This document shows, piece after piece, positions 1 to 8,932 of a DNA stretch of 18,395 nucleotides (position 1 is the first letter of the stretch; each line of letters begins with the position of its first letter). A model generated the notes under the pieces. The model searched no databases and was not told the DNA's origin. It saw only the letters and a list, made by a program, of their open reading frames with translations. Origin of the DNA: an uncultured archaeon (lineage in GTDB: Archaea > Asgardarchaeota > Thorarchaeia > Thorarchaeales > Thorarchaeaceae); contig CAYWJO010000025.1 of the NCBI GenBank assembly GCA_964458565.1, positions 30,434-48,828 on the forward strand. Direction: 5' to 3'. Both the position numbers and the translations under genes were made by a program.

Positions 1-1851
1 CAGGATGGCACAGAAGGAAAAGTGGCAAGCTTGACCGTAGGGGATGAAACTGGAAGAATTCGTTTGGTATTATGGGATGATAAAACACAAGCGGTTATCG
101 ATGGTGCCCTTGAAGCAGGGATAGTCATACAAATCAGGGGTGGATATGTAAAGAAAGGTCTTGGAGATGATCTAGAAGTCAATTTAGGAAGAACTGGATA
201 TATCAATCCATTAGATGACTATGATATGGAGGATCTCGAGATTGACCTAACAGATGCAGAAATTGTAAAAATTACAGACTTGAAAGACCGTATGTTCAAC
301 ATTACTGTTAAGGTCAAAATTGGGAATATCTATCCACTATCAACTTTTACCCGAAAATCGGATGGATCTGAGGGTAAGGTATTGAGTATACAGGCATCGG
401 ATGAAACAGGCAGTACGCGGATAGTCTTTTGGGATGACAAGGCAGAACTCATGCAGGATGCTAAAATTGGTGAAGCGATTAGTGTTTCTGGAGCCAACTC
501 AAGAGAGGGTCGCCAAGGTGATATTGAGGTTCATGCAGGTAGAGCTGCAATCATTCAGAGAGAGATAGATGATGATATCGATGCTGTTTCAATAGATACT
601 GTTAGAGTATCCGCTGAGCCCCTTGGAATGAAGAGCATATCCGAACTCACAGTAGATATGCAAGATGTGGATATCGAGGGAAAGGTGGTTTCTGTCTATG
701 AGGTAAGAACCTTCGAACGAGAGGGAAAACAGGGAAAGGTACAGAATGTCATGATTGCTGACGAAACCGGAAGAATTCGTGTGACATTTTGGAATGATGA
801 TGTGGATAAAATCAAGGGTCTTGATGAGGGAGACGTAATTCGCCTCAAACATGGTTATTGTAAGGAAGGATATCGTGGTGGAGTGGAGTATCAAATCGGA
901 ACCAGAGCAGAAATAGAAAGAAATCCCAAAAATTCAGATTTGAAATCCTTGGACATAAGTACCGTTCAAAGTCTTGTAGACACCATCGGGATGAAGAGTA
1001 TATCTGAACTCACAGCTGATATGCAGGACGTGGATATTGAGGGGAAAGTGGTTTCTGTCTATGAGGTAAGAACCTTCGAACGAGAGGGAAAACAGGGAAA
1101 GGTACAGAATGTCATGATTGCTGACGAAACCGGAAGAATTCGTGTGACATTTTGGAATGATGATGTGGATAAAATCAAGGGTCTTGATGAGGGAGACGTA
1201 ATTCGCCTTAAACATGGCTATTGCAAGGAGGGTTATCGTGGCGGAGTGGAGTATCAAGTTGGATTCAAAAGCGAAATCGAAATGAATCCTGATAACTCCA
1301 ATCTGGACTCTTTAGACATAAGTGACATAGAAAAAATACCTACCAGACAATATGGTCGAGTCATGATAAGTGACATAACAAGTGAATCTGAAAATGATTC
1401 TGTTGAAGTGAGCGGTATTGTTGTAAGGGTGCCACAGTCTAGTCCAATATATCTTGCTTGTCCAGAGTGTAGGAAAAAAGTACAAGAAGATAGTGGAAAG
1501 TATCTATGTTCTAATTGTGGAGAGATCAAGAAAGCAGAGGCCCGCATGCTTTACAAGGTAACAATCGATGATGGATCAGGAACCATAAGGGTCACACTAT
1601 TTGGTGAAGCTGGTGAAAAGCTTCTCCAGATGACAGCAGAAGAAGCTCAGAAAATTATAGAAAAATCTGGAAACCCAAACAAGCCGTTTGACGAAAACGG
1701 TGACAAAATGTTAGGACGATATGTTATTGTCAATGGAAAAGTCACCAAATACCGTGATTCCCTAGACATATCTGCGGCAGGACTGGACTTTGTTGATCCT
1801 GAGAAGGAAATACTTAGAATGAAGGGACAAATAGAAGAGCTGACCAACTAG
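1..1851 (+). CDS. rpa: Replication protein A large subunit (multiple OB folds plus C-terminal Zn-finger OB, RPA70/RPA1-like); 5'-partial
   Basis: Frame is open from base 1 (QDGTEGKVASL...), so the gene starts upstream of the window. Repeated OB-fold signature D(E/D)(T/G)G.(I/T)R(L/I/V)..(W/F) occurs five times. CPEC-x13-CSNC zinc finger lies in the last OB fold, as in RPA70 DBD-C. Confidence 0.92.
   Translation, partial: QDGTEGKVASLTVGDETGRIRLVLWDDKTQAVIDGALEAGIVIQIRGGYVKKGLGDDLEVNLGRTGYINPLDDYDMEDLEIDLTDAEIVKITDLKDRMFNITVKVKIGNIYPLSTFTRKSDGSEGKVLSIQASDETGSTRIVFWDDKAELMQDAKIGEAISVSGANSREGRQGDIEVHAGRAAIIQREIDDDIDAVSIDTVRVSAEPLGMKSISELTVDMQDVDIEGKVVSVYEVRTFEREGKQGKVQNVMIADETGRIRVTFWNDDVDKIKGLDEGDVIRLKHGYCKEGYRGGVEYQIGTRAEIERNPKNSDLKSLDISTVQSLVDTIGMKSISELTADMQDVDIEGKVVSVYEVRTFEREGKQGKVQNVMIADETGRIRVTFWNDDVDKIKGLDEGDVIRLKHGYCKEGYRGGVEYQVGFKSEIEMNPDNSNLDSLDISDIEKIPTRQYGRVMISDITSESENDSVEVSGIVVRVPQSSPIYLACPECRKKVQEDSGKYLCSNCGEIKKAEARMLYKVTIDDGSGTIRVTLFGEAGEKLLQMTAEEAQKIIEKSGNPNKPFDENGDKMLGRYVIVNGKVTKYRDSLDISAAGLDFVDPEKEILRMKGQIEELTN
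625..1257 (+). repeat. Intragenic direct duplication of one OB fold (625-894 and 988-1257, offset 363 nt)
   Basis: Direct comparison: 685-845 is identical to 1048-1208 (161 nt). The flanks differ mostly at synonymous positions. Confidence 0.95.
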
Positions 1852-1871
1852 ACGCCACGATTTATTGGCAT

Positions 1872-2555
1872 TTAGATGGTTTTAGCAATGTGAGCAGATG
1901 GAGCGTACAATCCAATCTGTACCTCCTTTATTTGTTCCAATTCTTGTAACTTGATAACTTTAAGATGAATTTCAGCGGTGGAATATCCCCGGGACTTGAA
2001 ATATTCTGCGATTTCACGTATAGGAACTCCTTCGTCTGTAGCGTGTACTCGGATATATTGAAGTATCTGCTCATGAAGCTCTACTGCAGAGATGGTATCA
2101 TCTTGGAGGGGAGATTCCTGATGTTCGTTGGATTTTGGTAGTTCGGGAGTTCTGCCAGTAAGTTTGGTCATAGTATGATATCTGTGTAGTAAATGTAGTT
2201 CCATGTAGTGTGAATCAGTTACATCCTGAACAATTTCAGGAACTACATAAATTTCGTCTTGGTACTTGCGTATCTTTCCTATTGTCATCACCATGGAGCC
2301 TAGTTTGGTTTCTTCAAGGAGTCTAGCATCGGTCTTCCAAGCTTTGATTCGAATATCACCTGTTCCATCATTTATCGTGATACTTGAAAACCCATCCTTA
2401 TGAAACGGATCTTTGCTCACTGTACCCACAAGTACGACTCTTCTCAACTCGACTCCTTCGTTTGTAACTACATGAGGGCTTTCATTCTTCCCATAAGTTC
2501 CATGTATTATATCAGATATTGTTGCCCTGATAGCAGTAATTCTTTTCCGAACCAT
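1872..2555 (-). CDS. RPA32/RPA2-like small subunit (OB fold plus C-terminal winged helix)
   Basis: RRVVLVGTV...ITINDGTGDIRIKAW...VMTIGKIRKYQDE OB signature, a linker, then a wHTH-like C-terminus (EQILQYIR...GVPIREIAEYF...IKEVQIGLY). ATG at 2555 preferred over TTG at 2576. Convergent with rpa. Confidence 0.8.
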   Translation of the reverse strand: MVRKRITAIRATISDIIHGTYGKNESPHVVTNEGVELRRVVLVGTVSKDPFHKDGFSSITINDGTGDIRIKAWKTDARLLEETKLGSMVMTIGKIRKYQDEIYVVPEIVQDVTDSHYMELHLLHRYHTMTKLTGRTPELPKSNEHQESPLQDDTISAVELHEQILQYIRVHATDEGVPIREIAEYFKSRGYSTAEIHLKVIKLQELEQIKEVQIGLYAPSAHIAKTI

Positions 2556-2701
2556 TCTTGTCGACCACAATTGCAAGTTATTACACAGTTATAATGGTTG
2601 GATGAGTAATAAACACCGCAAAAATGGGATCTGTTGTCATTTGCTGGCTTCAATTAATTCATGTAAAGGAATATGAGATTGTCAATCATGGGTGATTGGC
2701 A

Positions 2702-2833
2702 TTATCTTGTTATCTCAATGAATTGATTAATTGCATCTAGAAATATATCGACTTCCTTTTGATTGTTATAGAGGTAGAAGCTAGCTCTGACTGTTCCCTT
2801 AGTTGGATCAATTCCAAGCTGATAGTGAAAAGG
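2702..2833 (-). pseudogene. sufS: Orphan 3' fragment of cysteine desulfurase sufS (43 codons plus stop), displaced copy
   Basis: Translates PFHYQLGIDPTKGTVRASFYLYNNQKEVDIFLDAINQFIEITR*, 29/43 aa identical and gap-free against the end of the sufS gene at 6986-7117. No start codon or upstream sufS sequence. Confidence 0.92.
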
Positions 2834-2924
2834 ACCTGTGCACAACAAACAATGTAGCAATGAAATTGTATAAACATAAGAAAAATAGATTCATTTGTTT
2901 ACTATGCTTAAAGGTCCGAAAATG

Positions 2925-3587
2925 TTAGACCATCCTTAGTTTCTCAATTTTTTTATTGACATCACTAAGACGTGTCTTTGTATCTTGCAGAATCTTCTTG
3001 ACTAAAACTTCAAAGTCCATTATTGTCTTGGAAACATCGTCTGGAATTGGAGATAATCCCGAATCAATTCCTTCAATGATTCTACCGTTCCATTTGTAGA
3101 GATGGTCAGCCATTTTTTCATATTCATTATAGATTTCGTTGTTAATTGCTGCAAGTTCTGCGATTTTTTGAAGAAGATCGTTACGTCTTTGCTTCCAAAG
3201 TGAATGGCTGGTTGTAGAGGTTAAATTCATAATATCTGCACTAGTTACTTGATGATTCAGTAAATCCTTGATAGGATTTAGAAGGCTATTAAGCTGCTCA
3301 AGCGCTTTTAGTTGTAGCTCTAACTTTGCTTCTTCACGTTCTAATCGACGAATTTCTTCGAAACGGTCCTCTCGAATCCATTGACGCTGCTGTATAAGGT
3401 ATGATATCAATGATATAGAACCAGTTGTTATTGAACTTGCCACTGCACTTGCTAGAGTTGAGTCAATAGAGTTACCAAGAATTATTGTAAGAGTAGGTGC
3501 AATTAATAGTGCAACTACCATGGCACCCAGTATGAATTTCCAATAGAAACCATTACCATCTTTCATATGGTTATTATTCCCCCACAT
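2925..3587 (-). CDS. Hypothetical membrane protein (two N-terminal TM helices plus helical/coiled-coil region)
   Basis: 220-aa ORF with hydrophobic segments FILGAMVVALLIAPTLTIILG and LASAVASSITTGSISLISYLI, followed by charged heptad-like sequence. Confidence 0.65.
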   Translation of the reverse strand: MWGNNNHMKDGNGFYWKFILGAMVVALLIAPTLTIILGNSIDSTLASAVASSITTGSISLISYLIQQRQWIREDRFEEIRRLEREEAKLELQLKALEQLNSLLNPIKDLLNHQVTSADIMNLTSTTSHSLWKQRRNDLLQKIAELAAINNEIYNEYEKMADHLYKWNGRIIEGIDSGLSPIPDDVSKTIMDFEVLVKKILQDTKTRLSDVNKKIEKLRMV

Positions 3588-3651
3588 TGATTTCGATTAT
3601 AGCACGGATTTGATGTCAGGTGGATGATGATAAAATCTCTTTTGGAAGAAA

Positions 3652-5751
3652 TTACCACTTATCATTAATGTATTCAGATGCCTTGTCTGTATCCAAATGT
3701 TGAGTTCCACTCGAAGTTCTATGCCCGAAGAGTGTTTTCTGTGTTTTTCTTAGTTCCTTTAATGAATCCGGAATTTTAACAAATGCAGGTTTTGTTGCTT
3801 TTTGGACTTTCACATGACAAATCAATTTTCCTCTAACAAACTTAAACTGAACATTGAAGAAATCTAAATACATCTCTCCGATGAATTTTCGAACAATATC
3901 TGTTAATCTTAGGTTAAATCCATCCGAATTTTGTTTGTTCCTTGCAAGGGTTTTGAGATCACGCTGTATGCCTAAAACATGTCCTTCATTATTCACTCCA
4001 ATTAGTAGATTACCACCTTTATCAGTGTTCATGAATGCTGCAATAGCATCTGCAACTTTGAATTCAAGAACTGGATTTGGTGTCTTAGTTTCATAGTCGT
4101 AACGGAGTGATGCCTTAAACTCACAAAACTTGTTTTCACCCTCACGTATGAGCCGATAGATTGGTGCGTCAATAGGCTCGCCAAAAAGAGTTTCTAGGAT
4201 TCTTTCAAATCTAACTGCAAGAAGTGTGCAAGAGCCTTTATCCTTCCCACCAATTGTCCATTTTATAACAAGTTTATCTTCATCCAATGTGTTTGGAATG
4301 ATAGTCATAATATAATATATTGCTGCTTTACCATTCCATGAGTAAACTCCGGACCATTTAGATGCTGAAATAAATGGTATAGTTTCTACAAGAGTCTGCG
4401 TTAAATGAAAATGTGCATTTTTCTTAACACGGATAGACCATTCTTCATCAATTCTGTTATTCTTTATTTCTTCTTTGAGCTTTGTTGGAAATGTTAGATT
4501 TTCAGGGAAATAGTCTGGAAATAATCTCAGATCATTATGACGAATACAGAATCCATATCTTGTGTAAATCTCGTCTAAAATATCAAGATATTCTCCCAAT
4601 TTGGGATATTTTCTTTTCAATTCAGTCATGCTGAGAACGCCATTTGATGCACTAGCTAAAATTGGAATTTCTGATCGGAGATTGTTAAAAGCTTCATCAT
4701 TAATAATAATCATGTCAGATTGTTCAGGATAATATTCAATTCCGCCCTCAGTAGAGAGATTGCTTATCAAGAATCGTGCATGCTCTTTTGGTATGGATGT
4801 TGAATATTCAGAGTTGTATCTATCAACAAGTTCGTCCAAAGTTATTTTTGGAATTCTCTCATCAGCAAGACTCTCCAATATTTGACGAATTCTGTCAGCG
4901 CTTTCTAGTCGAATTATTAGACCTGCATTATCCCAATCAATCAACTGTAAAATCCGATTTTTTAGGACATTAATATTGGTTCCATAAAGAGGACAAGCTT
5001 TAACGTAATCAACTATTCGACCTGACTTAATCAAATCATCCATTTTTGACTTTGCTCGGGATTCATCCATCTCATTATCTATGAATGTTTCTACAAAAAT
5101 TATCTTCTTTGAAATAGTAATAGACTCTTCAATATCTTCAAGTGTGGTCAATGCTCTATCAAGAGTTGTTTTATCTGTTTGCTTGAAGAATATCAAAATT
5201 AATTCGGAGTCGAATAGAAATGGGATGAAGGTACTCATAACAGCTTGTTGTCCACCATGGTCATGAAGAATTATCCGATGATTTGTACTGCAATCTAAAT
5301 CAAGATTCCAAGTCCAAATCTTCTTTCCGAATGTAGATTGTTCAGATCCAGGAGTCCCAGCTATGAGTTGATTGCATAACGTTGATTTTCCAGAACCAGT
5401 ATGCCCAATTAAACTAATTTTCTGATGTTTGAATTTAATTGATTCAATTGGAACTTTTATTTTCGAGATGCTCTGGCGGTAGAATCCACCTGGAGTTAGG
5501 TAGAGCATTGTGTTATTATAAACCCAAATTCCTACACAATGAACCTCTTGAATTCTCTCAGCAGTGCCAGTAGCTATATCAAACTGAATTATCTCGCTTT
5601 TTGTCCCTGCAAATACTGTTGCACCATCTTCTGAGAATGTTACACAGCGTCCTTGACCAGTAGCGAGGCTTGCACGAAAAGCAGGTCTAAATATTGGGTC
5701 ATCCGATTTCTCATCAGCTTCATAATATAAGATGTCACCCGTATCTGTCAC
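3652..5751 (-). CDS. Roc-COR GTPase with C-terminal Schlafen/AlbA_2 domain and N-terminal beta-propeller remnant; probably 5'-truncated
   Basis: P-loop GHTGSGKST, G2 STFG, Roc-type G3 HDHGGQ, G4-like ETFID, then a COR-like region (A.FLISNLSTEGGIEYY). AlbA_2 motifs GENKFCEFKAS and IAAFMNT.KGGNLLIGV. WD40-like blade (CVTFSEDGATVFAGT...IIQFDIATG). Frame stays open to 5826 without an ATG. Confidence 0.8.
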   Translation of the reverse strand: MTDTGDILYYEADEKSDDPIFRPAFRASLATGQGRCVTFSEDGATVFAGTKSEIIQFDIATGTAERIQEVHCVGIWVYNNTMLYLTPGGFYRQSISKIKVPIESIKFKHQKISLIGHTGSGKSTLCNQLIAGTPGSEQSTFGKKIWTWNLDLDCSTNHRIILHDHGGQQAVMSTFIPFLFDSELILIFFKQTDKTTLDRALTTLEDIEESITISKKIIFVETFIDNEMDESRAKSKMDDLIKSGRIVDYVKACPLYGTNINVLKNRILQLIDWDNAGLIIRLESADRIRQILESLADERIPKITLDELVDRYNSEYSTSIPKEHARFLISNLSTEGGIEYYPEQSDMIIINDEAFNNLRSEIPILASASNGVLSMTELKRKYPKLGEYLDILDEIYTRYGFCIRHNDLRLFPDYFPENLTFPTKLKEEIKNNRIDEEWSIRVKKNAHFHLTQTLVETIPFISASKWSGVYSWNGKAAIYYIMTIIPNTLDEDKLVIKWTIGGKDKGSCTLLAVRFERILETLFGEPIDAPIYRLIREGENKFCEFKASLRYDYETKTPNPVLEFKVADAIAAFMNTDKGGNLLIGVNNEGHVLGIQRDLKTLARNKQNSDGFNLRLTDIVRKFIGEMYLDFFNVQFKFVRGKLICHVKVQKATKPAFVKIPDSLKELRKTQKTLFGHRTSSGTQHLDTDKASEYINDKW

Positions 5752-5870
5752 ACCTGCAAAGGCTTTGTTTTCAAACCAACATATATCCTCTAAACAAGTG
5801 TTAGCACATTTTTCATTCGAACGATTTCAAAACCAGTCTGGTAGATGAAGCAAAATCCCGACTTGGCGGC

Positions 5871-6989
5871 ATGGGGGACCGCAGCTTTAGTCGCCTCATG
5901 GGGCAACTCTCAGACTATGATGTGCCAAGTGGAAAGTATGCTGAACGTACAGAACTAAAGAATTTCAGACATTATCTCAGGGGAGAAACCCTTCATTATG
6001 TCACCGACTTAACAGGCGATGATTTAAGACAACTCGAATCGAAAATTAGTCATCTAGCATGTATTGGTTCAAAGAGAGGCCAAGCAGGTCATATTAGGAA
6101 CCCGAAGTTCTCTGAAAATTTGGAGAGGATACGAACTCAGATTATGGGGAGTATGCTTAGTGATGGCCATCTAAGACCTAAATTGACAGCACTATATTAT
6201 GAAAAGGATCCAGATAGACTTGAGAGATTCAAAGAGATAATGAGTCAGATTGGAGATATTCAGTTTACAGAAACAATACGAAAAGATGGAACTGTTCTTG
6301 GAATGCCTGTTGTTGTTGGAAAGCTCATTGAACATTGGAGAATGCCAATTGGGGATAAGAGCGTAATCAATCCAAAACTTCCGGATTACATCATTAATGG
6401 ACGACCGGAATTAATGACAGAATATCTCAAACAAATGGTTTCTGAGGATGGTAGTTTTACGGATAAAGGAACTGGTTGGAGATTCAAATGGAATCGAGCA
6501 GTTGTACTTGATTGTGATAAAATGGAAGAATATGGATTAAAATCAAGAATAGAATCCAATGATATTGCATTTCTAATGGACTATGGAACCCGTGAAATAC
6601 GAAATTATAGAAATCCACATTCACGGAAAGAGGATGTTTCACCAATAATTACAATGACTATCAAAGAGCTTCGAGAATTGAAAGATGATGACAATTCCGA
6701 GGTTTCTCAAAGAGCTCAGAGCCTCAACAATTGCATCATAAATAATCGGAGTAATTTAATGGATGGAGAGCGACATATTGCAAATAATGTGGGAATAGAA
6801 ACAACAGTGACCCCAATGACCATTACACTTTATTCGGATTCAGGAAGGGTTTCTGTATTATGGGAAGGTAGGTCTCAGACTCAAACAGATGCTTCCATCT
6901 GGGGATTGATTGCCCCGCCGGATCACAAACGTAAGCTGACAAAGGTTGCTGAAGCAATATCACAAGGTCTTGTTAAGTTGGAGAATTAG
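5871..6989 (+). CDS. Double-motif LAGLIDADG-like endonuclease domain protein; possibly 5'-truncated
   Basis: Two LAGLIDADG-like helices (IMGSMLSDGHL and YLKQMVSEDGSF) about 95 aa apart with intervening ...GDKS..NPKLPDYI. Frame is open back to 5805. Stop overlaps the sufS stop by 4 nt. Confidence 0.6.
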   Translation: MGDRSFSRLMGQLSDYDVPSGKYAERTELKNFRHYLRGETLHYVTDLTGDDLRQLESKISHLACIGSKRGQAGHIRNPKFSENLERIRTQIMGSMLSDGHLRPKLTALYYEKDPDRLERFKEIMSQIGDIQFTETIRKDGTVLGMPVVVGKLIEHWRMPIGDKSVINPKLPDYIINGRPELMTEYLKQMVSEDGSFTDKGTGWRFKWNRAVVLDCDKMEEYGLKSRIESNDIAFLMDYGTREIRNYRNPHSRKEDVSPIITMTIKELRELKDDDNSEVSQRAQSLNNCIINNRSNLMDGERHIANNVGIETTVTPMTITLYSDSGRVSVLWEGRSQTQTDASIWGLIAPPDHKRKLTKVAEAISQGLVKLEN

Positions 6990-8227
6990 GAACTTGCCTC
7001 TATCAATTCCCACATAGCATTCAGAAATATATCGACATCATTCTCATTATTGTATAGATAGAAACTTGCTCTTGCTGTACCCTTCGTTGGGCTTATTCCC
7101 ATCTGATAATGAAAAGGGTGTACGCAATGGGCGCCAGAACGAATCATTACAGCGTATGAATCATTGAGATATGTTGCCACATCGTGTGCTGAGTCCACAG
7201 TATCGACAATAAATGTACAGAGACCGGTTTTAATGTTGATATCATCGGTTCCGATTATTCTGATATGCTCGTTATCCTTGAATTCTTTCAGAACCTTGGA
7301 TAAGAGGGTTCGTTCATGTTTTTCGATCTCATGCATGCCCAATCTCTGGAGATATTCGGCTGCTGCACCAGCTCCTATAGCGCCAGCATAATTCTGTAAT
7401 CCAGCCTCATACTTCTCAGGAGGTGGCAAGTATTCAGGAATGATACGCCCATTTTCGTATCGCACATCACTTACTGTATCGCCACCTGTGAGGAACATAT
7501 CCATGCTCTCTAGATGCTCGGATTTCCCATACAGCAAACCCATTCCTGTAGGTCCACACATCTTGTGAACGGAGATTGCACTAAAGTCGACATCGGTTTT
7601 TTTCATGCTGAGTGGGTGATGTGGAGCATATTGTGCATCATCGGACATCACAAGAGCACCTCTATCATGTGCGATTTCAACAATTTCTTCAATAGGTGCA
7701 ACAGTCCCTGTGACATTTGATGAGTGTACAACCGATACAATTCTAGTCTTGTTGTCAATTGTTTTCTTCCAATCTTCAATATCAAAAGTACCATCAGGTT
7801 TGGATTCGATAACCTCAATCCTTAGTCCGTCTCTCTTTGCTCGTTCAACAAAAGGCAATGACCCACTGTGATGTTCAAGAGATGTTGTTACGATTTTTGC
7901 GTCTTTGGGGATATCAATACATCTTGCAACAATGTTTAGCGATTCCGTTGCATTTCTCGTCCAGATGCATTCCTCTTCATGTTCTGCATTGATGAAACTC
8001 CTGAATTTTTCCCTAGCCTGGGTATATGCATTCGATGCCTCCTCGCCAAGTTTATGGATGCTTCGTCCACCACATGCAGGAAATACCTCGTAGTATTCAT
8101 TCATTGCTTGTATGACCTGTTTTGGTTTAAGTGCCATACATGCACTATCAAGATACACCAGTGGATGTCCATTGATCTCTCTCTTAAGAACAGGAAAGTC
8201 TTCTCTCACATCTAACATATTGATCAC
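6986..8227 (-). CDS. sufS: Cysteine desulfurase, SufS/class V PLP aminotransferase
   Basis: VREDFPVL...LVYLDSA, EHHS, DDAQ, PLP-lysine SVHKMCGPTGMG, catalytic RSGAHC and RASFYLYN motifs. Confidence 0.95.
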   Translation of the reverse strand: MINMLDVREDFPVLKREINGHPLVYLDSACMALKPKQVIQAMNEYYEVFPACGGRSIHKLGEEASNAYTQAREKFRSFINAEHEEECIWTRNATESLNIVARCIDIPKDAKIVTTSLEHHSGSLPFVERAKRDGLRIEVIESKPDGTFDIEDWKKTIDNKTRIVSVVHSSNVTGTVAPIEEIVEIAHDRGALVMSDDAQYAPHHPLSMKKTDVDFSAISVHKMCGPTGMGLLYGKSEHLESMDMFLTGGDTVSDVRYENGRIIPEYLPPPEKYEAGLQNYAGAIGAGAAAEYLQRLGMHEIEKHERTLLSKVLKEFKDNEHIRIIGTDDINIKTGLCTFIVDTVDSAHDVATYLNDSYAVMIRSGAHCVHPFHYQMGISPTKGTARASFYLYNNENDVDIFLNAMWELIEASS

Positions 8228-8457
8228 ACCTCAGCGAGCTGCCATCTATAGCCACCTTTTCCGAACTTCTTTATAATCAACCCTTTTTCTACCAATTGAT
8301 TGGCAGCTACAACAAAAGTATCTCCACCTGCACAGTCTGTACATAAATCGCTGAATCGATCTTCACGAGCCATGGATAATATTTCAGCTGTGGTCAGTGA
8401 ATCAGTAGTCTCTAATATCTGGAGAACGCACTTTGCATTTCTTGAAAGTTCGGTCAT
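8224..8457 (-). CDS. Small winged-helix-like protein with CxxC motif, coupled to sufS
   Basis: 77 aa. LTTAEIL...ANQLVEKGLIIKKFGKGGYRWQL is wHTH-like and contains a CTDC insert. ATGA overlap with the sufS start. Confidence 0.7.
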   Translation of the reverse strand: MTELSRNAKCVLQILETTDSLTTAEILSMAREDRFSDLCTDCAGGDTFVVAANQLVEKGLIIKKFGKGGYRWQLAEV

Positions 8458-8612
8458 AGCAAGAGCTACGAAAACAAGACAGAATAAGAAACCTTTGCTT
8501 TGTGAATTGATTACTTAACACAACGCTTAAATGAATCACAACATCGGGAGGCTTGCTCTGTTTCTTTCGGGCCTGATACTAGGACTGTGTGAAATAGGCA
8601 GAGGTGAACGCT

Positions 8613-8861
8613 TTGGGTAGAAGAAGGCGTCAAAAAATTCGACGACGACCACAGAAGAGAATCCCAGATGTATATCCATGTCCGCGATGTGGCAATACTG
8701 CAATTAAAGTGGATCTCGATAAGAACAATGCATGGGCCACTGTGAAATGCGGATCTTGTGGATTAGAGATGAACATAGATGAAGTCAATGAACTCACTGA
8801 ACCTGTTGATATCTATGGCTCATTTATAGACCGATTCTATGAGGAACGCCAAACAGTATAA
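8613..8861 (+). CDS. elf1: Transcription elongation factor Elf1
   Basis: MGRRRRQK basic N-terminus, CPRC...CGSC zinc ribbon and EPVDIY..FID motif. SD-like GAGGTGA at 8601-8607 favours TTG 8613 as the start over GTG 8604. Confidence 0.9.
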   Translation: MGRRRRQKIRRRPQKRIPDVYPCPRCGNTAIKVDLDKNNAWATVKCGSCGLEMNIDEVNELTEPVDIYGSFIDRFYEERQTV

Positions 8862-8932
8862 TATACTGCAGTACAATCACCAACATTCAGCAACGGTTAT
8901 AAGCAGAAACGCGCCGGAGGCTCTCGAGTCCC

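Larger units (their letters stand above)
2834..7117. mobile_element. Genomic island or homing-type element inserted in the sufS 3' end, supplying a replacement C-terminus
   Basis: Bounded by the two sufS 3'-end copies in the same orientation. Contains only accessory-type genes. No integrase or transposase recognised. Confidence 0.7.

Noticed and set aside
625-1257. RPA internal repeat as a DGR template/variable repeat pair
   Set aside because: Differences are mostly synonymous and not adenine-specific, both copies are in-frame coding, and there is no reverse transcriptase in the window.
589-1847. Minus-strand ORFs 589..894, 934..1257, 1254..1547 and 1647..1847
   Set aside because: Antisense shadows of rpa. 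The similarity between the first two just mirrors the OB duplication.
5871-6989. LAGLIDADG ORF as an intein or intron-encoded ORF of sufS
   Set aside because: It is on the opposite strand and outside the sufS frame, and no Hint splicing motifs or flanking exteins are recognisable.
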